Positions 57,078 through 64,000 of a stretch of 64,000 nt of DNA are shown here, piece by piece. The stretch covers positions 1 to 64,000 of the forward strand of contig JBFWJG010000004.1 of NCBI GenBank assembly GCA_050253335.1, written 5' to 3'. The notes below the pieces were generated by a model. That model was not told the origin of the DNA, ran no database searches, and saw only the letters and a list, made by a program, of their open reading frames with translations. Position numbers and translations under genes: made by a program. Numbering within the stretch: the first letter of the stretch is position 1; the number at the start of each line of letters is the position of its first letter. Source of the stretch: Deferribacterales bacterium (GTDB taxonomy: Bacteria > Chrysiogenota > Deferribacteres > Deferribacterales > Geovibrionaceae).

Positions 57078-58516
57078 TAGTCGCTGTAGTGCCCTGAATC
57101 CCTGTACTCATTAAGTTTGTTGCGCAGCGTGCGCACTGTTATGCCCAGAAGATCCGCCGCCTTGGTGCGGTTTCCCCCCACTTCTTCGAGGGTCTTCAGG
57201 ATAAGCTCCCGCTCCATCTCCGCTATGGTTACACCCACTGAAGGGACGGAAGGAACAGTTCGGCAGACTTCTTCACCTGAAGCGTTTTCTGTGCATATTT
57301 CCGTTTTCGGTGCGGGCACATCCTTCTGAAAATCGCTCTCCAGAAGAAACTGCTTTATGGTTATGCCGTGGAGAAACAGATCACGTTCGCTTATCACCTT
57401 GTCTCGGCAGAGGACAACCGCCCTCTCGATGGTGTGTTCAAGCTCGCGGACATTTCCCGGCCAGTCATAATCTATGAGCGCCTGAAGCGCTTTTTCACCC
57501 AGAGAGCATGAGCCCTTGCGGTTTATTTCGGCGTATTTGATCATGAAGAATTCTGCCAGTTCCCGCACATCCTCTCTGCGTTCCCTGAGCGGGGGTAGTT
57601 CGATTGCGATAACGTTCAGCCTGTAGAACAGGTCTTCCCTGAAATTGCCTGCGGCCACCTCTTTTTTAAGCTCTCTGTTTGTGGTGGCCAGTATGCGGAC
57701 ATTTATCTTTTCAGGGCGCACGGAGCCGAGGCGCTCCACCTCCCGTTCCTGTAAAACCCTGAGCAGTTTAGCCTGTAAATGAATCGGAACTTCGCCTATT
57801 TCATCCAGCAGGATTGTTCCGCCGTCCGCCAGTTCAAACTTGCCCGCTTTGCGGTTGATTGCTCCGGTGAAGGCTCCTTTTTCAAACCCGAAGAGTTCGC
57901 TTTCTATGAGGTTTTCGGGTATGGCGGCGCAGTTCACCGCAACAAAGGGGCCGTCCGCTCTTGAGCTGTTGTCGTGGATATAGCGGGCGAGAACCTCTTT
58001 TCCCGTGCCGGATTCGCCTGTGATAAGCACAGTGGCCTCGCTGTCCGCCACATCTTTTGCCAGTGCGAACAGACGCGCCATGAAGGCACTGCGGAAAACA
58101 GCCTTGTTCTTCCTGCGTTTGCCCCCTTTGGTGAGGCTTTCTATCTCGAATGTGCGTCTTATGAGCTCTTCTATGACTTCCGGCGGGAACGGCTTGAGGA
58201 TATAGTCCGACGCGCCCAGCTTGAGCGCCTCCACGGCGTTTGCGACTGTGCCGAATGCGGTTATGAAGCATGTGGGGGTTTCAATGCCGGAGGAGCGCAT
58301 CATGTTGAACATGGAGAGGCCGTCTATCTCCGGCATCCTCATGTCGCTTATGATCAGGTCATAGGGGCGTGAGGAGGCCTTCTCGAACCCTTCGCGCCCG
58401 TTTTCGGCGGTCTCCACCGAAAGCCCCATGCGCCTGACAGTTTCCTTCAGCGCCTCGCGCATGTTGTCGTCGTCATCAACTATGAGAACTTTTCTGCTTT
58501 CGTTTTTATCGCTCAT
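57077..58516 (-). CDS. Sigma54-dependent response regulator (FlgR/FleR-like)
   Basis: REC domain, GESGTGKE, GAFTGA, WPGNVREL, Fis HTH LGITVRTLRNKL. Confidence 0.93.
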   Translation of the reverse strand: MSDKNESRKVLIVDDDDNMREALKETVRRMGLSVETAENGREGFEKASSRPYDLIISDMRMPEIDGLSMFNMMRSSGIETPTCFITAFGTVANAVEALKLGASDYILKPFPPEVIEELIRRTFEIESLTKGGKRRKNKAVFRSAFMARLFALAKDVADSEATVLITGESGTGKEVLARYIHDNSSRADGPFVAVNCAAIPENLIESELFGFEKGAFTGAINRKAGKFELADGGTILLDEIGEVPIHLQAKLLRVLQEREVERLGSVRPEKINVRILATTNRELKKEVAAGNFREDLFYRLNVIAIELPPLRERREDVRELAEFFMIKYAEINRKGSCSLGEKALQALIDYDWPGNVRELEHTIERAVVLCRDKVISERDLFLHGITIKQFLLESDFQKDVPAPKTEICTENASGEEVCRTVPSVPSVGVTIAEMERELILKTLEEVGGNRTKAADLLGITVRTLRNKLNEYRDSGHYSD

Positions 58517-58523
58517 TCAACAC

Positions 58524-59657
58524 CTATGCCGGAACCGCCACACGGAAGGCCGTGTAGGTTTTGCCGTCGCTGTCCGCCTCTATGCCGCCGCCGTGCGCCT
58601 TTACTATCTTATAGACAATGGCGAGCCCGAGTCCGGTTCCCTTTGCCTTGGTGGTCTGAAAGGGCATGAAAAGCTTGCCTGTCATGGACGGTTCAATGCC
58701 GCTGCCGTTATCTGTAATGGAAAACCAGCTTTCATTTTTGTCGGTTCCCGCGTCAATGCGGATTTCCCCGCCGCTTTTAACAGCGTCCACGGAATTGTGA
58801 ATCAGGTTCATCACCACCTGCTTAAACAGCTCGGCATCGCAGCTTATCTTCTGGTTTTCGCCTATGTTATTGATGAAGCGGACCTCTTTGTCCCGCATTA
58901 TGTGCTGTAAATAGAGTATAACATCATCCACAATGTCGGAGAGGAAATGCTCTTTTATCTCCAGCTGTATCTCTTTGGTGAAAAGCAGAATATTTGAAAT
59001 GATGGAGTTTATGGTGCGCACACCTTTGATTATGGAGTGCGTCAGGCGCTTCTTGTCAGGGGAGTCTTCAAGATCCCGCCCGAGGAGTGATGCAAAAAGT
59101 TCTATGCTTCCTAGAGGGTTGCGTATTTCGTGGGCAATATTCGCCGCCATCTCCCCCATGAGCATCAGTTTTTCATCCCTGTGCTTCTCTTTTTCAAGGG
59201 CTTTTAAGTCGCTAATGTCGTCTATGACGTAGACAGTGCCGGATATCCCCTCCGCGCTGAGCTCGCCGAGGCTTATTTTGAGGTAAACGCCCCGTTCGGG
59301 CTCGTGTTCGTAAAGCCCCGGCTCCATGAATCCCGAAAGCATGGCGAGGAATTTTTCCTGCCCGAAGGAGGCGGCCATTTTCTCCGCTTCCTTGTTCAGA
59401 GTGAGTATTGAGCCGTTCTTGCCGACTGCGATTATTGCGCTGCCGGAGTTCATCAGAACCCCTTCCAGAAGGTTGCTGAGGGCGGACAGACGTCGGTTTT
59501 TCTCTTCCACCTCTTCGCGCAGCTTGCGGGCTTCCTCCTGAATCACGCTGTAGGAGTCCTCAAGCTTTGTGGTGGCGAGGTTGAAAGACTCCATAAGGAG
59601 CTTCAGCTCATCTATTCTGCTGTCTTTGCTTTTCAGTTCGTCAGACTTTTCCGCCAC
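58524..59657 (-). CDS. Cytoplasmic sensor histidine kinase (FlgS/FleS-like)
   Basis: N-terminal coiled coil, AHEIRNPLGSIELFAS, GTGLGL; precedes the sigma54 regulator. Confidence 0.9.
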   Translation of the reverse strand: MAEKSDELKSKDSRIDELKLLMESFNLATTKLEDSYSVIQEEARKLREEVEEKNRRLSALSNLLEGVLMNSGSAIIAVGKNGSILTLNKEAEKMAASFGQEKFLAMLSGFMEPGLYEHEPERGVYLKISLGELSAEGISGTVYVIDDISDLKALEKEKHRDEKLMLMGEMAANIAHEIRNPLGSIELFASLLGRDLEDSPDKKRLTHSIIKGVRTINSIISNILLFTKEIQLEIKEHFLSDIVDDVILYLQHIMRDKEVRFINNIGENQKISCDAELFKQVVMNLIHNSVDAVKSGGEIRIDAGTDKNESWFSITDNGSGIEPSMTGKLFMPFQTTKAKGTGLGLAIVYKIVKAHGGGIEADSDGKTYTAFRVAVPA

Positions 59658-62254
59658 TGTATCTCCTCCAGTTCCGAACGGGCAGCGCTGGCGTAAACCG
59701 AGCCGGGAACGCTTTCCAGAAGTTCAATGTAGTTTTTGACCGCATTGTCGTTGTCTTTCAGCTTGATGTATGATTTGCCCATGTAGTAAAGCCCTTCGGC
59801 TCTCTTCTCGTCTCTGGGCGGGTAGTTTTTCAGGAAAACCCCGAGAGCCTCCACGGCGGGGCGGAAGCTGTTCTTCTTGTAGTAAAGTATTCCCATATCA
59901 AGGGAAACTTCCTCGTAGCCTTCGAACCGCTTTTTCGGGTCGCTGTTTACGTCCTGATATATCCTGACGAGAAGCTGCTCCCTTTTGGCGTCATCCGAAA
60001 TGTTTTTTGAGATTTTGAATTTCTGTCTCGCAGCCAGAGCGGGATCCTTTGTGTATTCATTAAGAAGCCTGACAGCGGTGTCGGGATTTTTCTTCTCCGC
60101 CTCATCAGCGAGGAAAATCAGTGTTTCCGCATCAAGGGAATTTACCTGAAAATTGATCTGGCCGTTGCCCAGCAGGAGGCTTGTAAGCCAGTAAACCGGG
60201 GTTTTTGTGGCTCCGACAGAGGAGAGAAGCTCAGCCGCTTTGTCCGGCATGGACATTTTATAAAGGGAAAAGGCGGCATAAGCCTTCACCGTGTCCCTGA
60301 AGGGCTGCTGTGCGGATGAATCTATTATCTGCTGATTGTCGGAGTATGCTTTTATCACTTCGAGAAACTTATTCTCCTCAAACCTGCGGCGGAGAACTGT
60401 CAGTATGAGCCGTTCCGCCATGTTTGTTATATCCCTGATATGAACTCCGTCACTGCCGAACTGGGCTATGTACTGCTTTGCGTTAACCAGTGCCTGATTC
60501 ACTCTGGCGGCGTCGAAGTCTTTTTTCACCATGTTGTAGTATGCGTTGTCAAGGAGGCGCTCCCACTTGGCGGGCTCGATGACTTCCGTTTCATCCGTGA
60601 GAAAGTTTTCGATGAAGTCAATCACCCCTTTGTAGTCGCCGCCGTTGTATCTTGCTTCCGTTTTGCCGAATGAGACGTTCTGGCTGATGGTTTTTGCCTC
60701 CCGCCTGTATGAGGAGTCGGGGAATTCCTTCAGAAGCATCCCCACATAATCCTGAGCCTGATCAAATCTTGTTTCGTCGTAGGCCTGTCTGGCCTGCTGA
60801 AGCCTTATCCTCTGCTTGATGTCGTAAACGGTTGTCATTAGAGGCGAACTGTAGCTCCGCTTGCCGAAACGGTCTATTCTTTCCAGTGTTTTGTCATGAT
60901 TTTTTTCATTGAACAGGGATTTTATTATCACCAGATCGGCCTGCTCAAGTATTTCAAAGTCCTTTGAGGCAAGGGCGGGGGCGAGGAATTTTTCCCAGTC
61001 CTGCGTGTTTTTCTCGCTCAGATGAGTGTCTGCGTATTTTATTGACGAGAGCATCCCTCCGGGCTCCTTGGGGTGTTTCTTGACAGTTTCAAGGAGGAGA
61101 GCTTCCGCGGCTTTTCTGTTGCTCATTTTCTCATACATCTGCGCGGCGCGGTACATAGCCATGTCCGCCTTTTCAAATGAGGGGTAAAACCCGTAAACCC
61201 TGCGGAAGGCGTTGAGCGCTTCCTCCGTTCTGCCCCGTTTGTCAAATACTTCGCCCATTGCGTACAGGGAATCGGGGGTGAATGCGGAATAGTCTATCTT
61301 CCTCCCCGTGAGCCCCTGAAAATAGCGGAAAGCAGTGTCGATATCCCCTTTATCGGAGTAAAGCATCCCGATTATTGCCGTCTGCGGATCCCTGTCGTCC
61401 TTGAAGCGCCTGAGATAGCTCTCCCTCGCTTCTATGGCGCGGTCTGTCTGCCCGAGGGTCTGATATATGTCTGCTATTTTTTTGTATGAGTTTTTCTGGA
61501 TTTTCTCATTCTGAACAAGGCGTATTATTTTTTCATGGGCGAAGATCGCCTCGTAGTACATATCCGCCTTTTCCTTTGAATCGGCGGATCTCACGAGGGC
61601 ATCCCTGAAAAGATATGAGTCGGGGTAAAGGTTTGTGAAATCATCATATATCTGGGAAGCGGTGATGTAGTTCTTGTAGGACTTGGCCCCCATTTCATAG
61701 TATGCGTTTCCGAGGCGGAAGAGAGCCTCCTGCCTGTAATAAGCGTTGATATCTGAGGCCAGAAGACCCTCAAGGGCAACCGCCGCCTGTTCGTGGGCGC
61801 CTTTTGCCATGAGTTCATCCGCTATGCCCAGCTGTCTGTCCGCCTCGGCGTTCTCGATTATGCCGCTGCCTTTTTTAATGAGGGCGTCCTCTATTCCGTA
61901 GCCGAGCTTTATATCATCCGCTTTTTTCTTGCGCGAGGCGACAATTTTTGCGTCCACCCCTTCCGTCATGAAGGTGAAGTCGGTGTCAGGGGCGAAGTCC
62001 AGAATCAGGCTGTCCCCTTTTACTGTGATTTTTGAAATGAAGCGGTCGTCCAGCCTGCCGGAAAAACCGGCCGAAAGGTTTTTAGCGAACGACAGAGTGA
62101 TGGTTCTTTCCCCTTTTTTCACGTCTTTGATGTTTTCCGCTGCTCCGGCTATTACCAGTTCGGTGAAAAACCTGTTCTTTTTCAGGTAAATATCCTGAGC
62201 GCCCGCGGCAAAGGCAATGAAAAGGGAGAAAAAAATAAAGCCGATATTTCTCAT
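59633..62254 (-). CDS. Large exported TPR-repeat protein
   Basis: Signal peptide, many BamD/YfiO-like TPRs (..YPDS..). Confidence 0.85.
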   Translation of the reverse strand: MRNIGFIFFSLFIAFAAGAQDIYLKKNRFFTELVIAGAAENIKDVKKGERTITLSFAKNLSAGFSGRLDDRFISKITVKGDSLILDFAPDTDFTFMTEGVDAKIVASRKKKADDIKLGYGIEDALIKKGSGIIENAEADRQLGIADELMAKGAHEQAAVALEGLLASDINAYYRQEALFRLGNAYYEMGAKSYKNYITASQIYDDFTNLYPDSYLFRDALVRSADSKEKADMYYEAIFAHEKIIRLVQNEKIQKNSYKKIADIYQTLGQTDRAIEARESYLRRFKDDRDPQTAIIGMLYSDKGDIDTAFRYFQGLTGRKIDYSAFTPDSLYAMGEVFDKRGRTEEALNAFRRVYGFYPSFEKADMAMYRAAQMYEKMSNRKAAEALLLETVKKHPKEPGGMLSSIKYADTHLSEKNTQDWEKFLAPALASKDFEILEQADLVIIKSLFNEKNHDKTLERIDRFGKRSYSSPLMTTVYDIKQRIRLQQARQAYDETRFDQAQDYVGMLLKEFPDSSYRREAKTISQNVSFGKTEARYNGGDYKGVIDFIENFLTDETEVIEPAKWERLLDNAYYNMVKKDFDAARVNQALVNAKQYIAQFGSDGVHIRDITNMAERLILTVLRRRFEENKFLEVIKAYSDNQQIIDSSAQQPFRDTVKAYAAFSLYKMSMPDKAAELLSSVGATKTPVYWLTSLLLGNGQINFQVNSLDAETLIFLADEAEKKNPDTAVRLLNEYTKDPALAARQKFKISKNISDDAKREQLLVRIYQDVNSDPKKRFEGYEEVSLDMGILYYKKNSFRPAVEALGVFLKNYPPRDEKRAEGLYYMGKSYIKLKDNDNAVKNYIELLESVPGSVYASAARSELEEIQWRKSLTN

Positions 62255-62430
62255 TACAATACTTTTAGACTAACATGGAATTAATATCAATGCGATTTTG
62301 GAATGTTATACGCCTTTTAGGTACGAAAAGGGCGTGTATTTTCCTTATAAGGTCATACGACTGTTAACAAAGGTAATATCTCTTGAAGTGCGTTGCAAAG
62401 CGTGTTAGTTTTTAGATAACCGGAGGAGAT

Positions 62431-63318
62431 ATGGCCCTTGATCACGGTATCCTGCTTGAGACAGGAACAAACGAATTTGAAATAGTCGAATTTATTGTCC
62501 GCGCCGAAAAGGAGCATCATTTCGGCATTAACGTTGCTAAAGTACGGGAAGTAATCAGGTTTCCCGAAATTGTCAAGGTTCCGGACGCTCACCCCGCTGT
62601 CATCGGAACCGCTAATATAAGGCAGAAGCTTGTGCCTCTTATAGATCTGGGAAACTGGCTGGATCTTAAATACGAGCAGGACTACGCTTCCAAAAAAATC
62701 ATAGTCACCTTCTTCAACCACCAGTACAACGGCTTTCTTGTGGATGAGGTTGTCAGGATTCACCGTATTACCTGGGCGGATATTAAAGATTATTCGGCAA
62801 TAACCGATTTCAGTCTTGCGGAGACTGTTCTCGGCGTTGTGGACATAGGCGGCAACCTTATCCAGCTTCTTGACTTTGAGAAGATTGTAGCGGAGCTCAA
62901 CCCCGCCACGGCTCTCAAGGAAATGGTTATAGACTATTCAAGAAGCGCGGCCCGCAGCAAAAGGCTTGTTTATCTTGCCGAGGACTCAACTGTTATCAGG
63001 CGTTTTCTGGCCTCCAATCTGGAAAACGCGGGCTACAGGGTCAAGGCTTTTGAAAACGGCAAGCTTCTTCTGGCGGCCACTGCCCTTGAAAAGCCCGATA
63101 TAATCATAACCGACCTTGAGATGCCCGTTGCAGACGGCGCTTATGTCGTTCGCACGCTCCGCGGAAAACCTGAGATGGCGAACCTGCCCATTCTGGTCTT
63201 CTCCTCACTTGCCAGCGAGGAGAACGAAAGAAAGGTTCTCAGCATCGGGGCTAATATGTTTGTGGGCAAGCCCGATACGGACATACTCATAAACAGCATT
63301 GACGAATACGTTTTATAA
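62431..63318 (+). CDS. cheV: Chemotaxis protein CheV (CheW-REC)
   Basis: LLETGTNEFEI.EF, FGINVAKVRE, AEDS, TDLEMP. Confidence 0.92.
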   Translation: MALDHGILLETGTNEFEIVEFIVRAEKEHHFGINVAKVREVIRFPEIVKVPDAHPAVIGTANIRQKLVPLIDLGNWLDLKYEQDYASKKIIVTFFNHQYNGFLVDEVVRIHRITWADIKDYSAITDFSLAETVLGVVDIGGNLIQLLDFEKIVAELNPATALKEMVIDYSRSAARSKRLVYLAEDSTVIRRFLASNLENAGYRVKAFENGKLLLAATALEKPDIIITDLEMPVADGAYVVRTLRGKPEMANLPILVFSSLASEENERKVLSIGANMFVGKPDTDILINSIDEYVL

Positions 63319-63332
63319 GGAGTCTTTAAACG

Positions 63333-64000
63333 ATGAAAAAAACAATGGCGATAATAACGCTCTCTTTTCTTGCATTTGCATGCTCGGATGAAACTCAGGT
63401 TATTAAACAGAGTATCAACAACATCAAAGATGAAATGGTCAGTATGCAGTCGGAAATGGCGGAGATGAAAATCTCCATTGAGGATGTGGACCGCAAAACC
63501 GAAGCCAACAAGGAAAGCATTAACGCCAATTCGAATGCCCTCGCTGAGATACGCTCTGAACTGAGCTTCATCGGCAGCGAGGTGACGCTTCTTAAAGATA
63601 AACAGAAAGCCCCCGCCGCGGCTCCGGCGGGAATGACCGCAGTTTCAGAACCCGGGGCTCAGCCTGAGGGCGAGAATCTTATCATCATTGAAGACGCCTT
63701 CACGGATAAAAGCAGCCTCTACAGCTATGCCTACGAGCTTTATAAAAACGGTAAATATCCCGAGAGCAGCGCGAAGTTTGACGAGTTTCTCGCTAAGTAC
63801 CCCGCTGACGAGCTTTCGGACAACGCTGTCTACTGGCAGGGAGAGATTCAGTACGCCCTGAAGGATTATGAAGGAGCAATTAAGCTTTTTCATAAACTGG
63901 TTACAGACTATCCGGACGGCAACAAGGTCTCCGACGGACTGCTTAAAATGGCATACTCATACGGAAACATAGGCAAAAGAGCCGAATCTGTGGTTACATT
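63333..64000 (+). CDS. cpoB: Tol-Pal associated CpoB/YbgF lipoprotein, 3' end beyond window
   Basis: Manual translation: lipobox LAFAC, coiled coil, F..FL.KYP...LSDNA.YW.GE, YPDGNKV.D.LLK. Confidence 0.85.
   Translation, partial: MKKTMAIITLSFLAFACSDETQVIKQSINNIKDEMVSMQSEMAEMKISIEDVDRKTEANKESINANSNALAEIRSELSFIGSEVTLLKDKQKAPAAAPAGMTAVSEPGAQPEGENLIIIEDAFTDKSSLYSYAYELYKNGKYPESSAKFDEFLAKYPADELSDNAVYWQGEIQYALKDYEGAIKLFHKLVTDYPDGNKVSDGLLKMAYSYGNIGKRAESVVT

Overview
Bacterial chromosomal window, probably Deferribacterota-like. That placement is inferred from gene style (futalosine pathway, delta/epsilon-like signalling genes) and was not checked. Most of the window is housekeeping: trmD-rimM-khpA-rpsP-ffh, SulP, sigma54-driven glnK-amtB, two Hsp20 genes around lon, galU, amrB, mqnE, a near-complete dcw cluster (mraZ to ftsZ, no murB), mazG, two-component genes, an FlgS/FlgR-like pair, cheV and cpoB. 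The stand-out is an ~11.7 kb single-strand operon of 17 open ORFs (16632-28337) between a TPR lipoprotein gene and a tRNA-Leu gene. It encodes a Mu-like head (protease, decoration, major capsid, head-tail connectors), tail-tip/fibre-like proteins, an M15 endolysin, a putative holin and a 7-bladed beta-propeller. It has no recognisable integrase/transposase, repressor, replication, terminase, portal, tail tube or tape measure gene, so it is a candidate domesticated GTA-like or otherwise novel phage-derived particle system. Other oddities are the rare AAG anticodon of the flanking tRNA-Leu, a pseudo-Fic protein next to mazG, a hemerythrin-fused chemoreceptor and an 87-bp structured tandem repeat with GGA-loop hairpins. 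All family calls come from motif recognition by eye, with no database searches.
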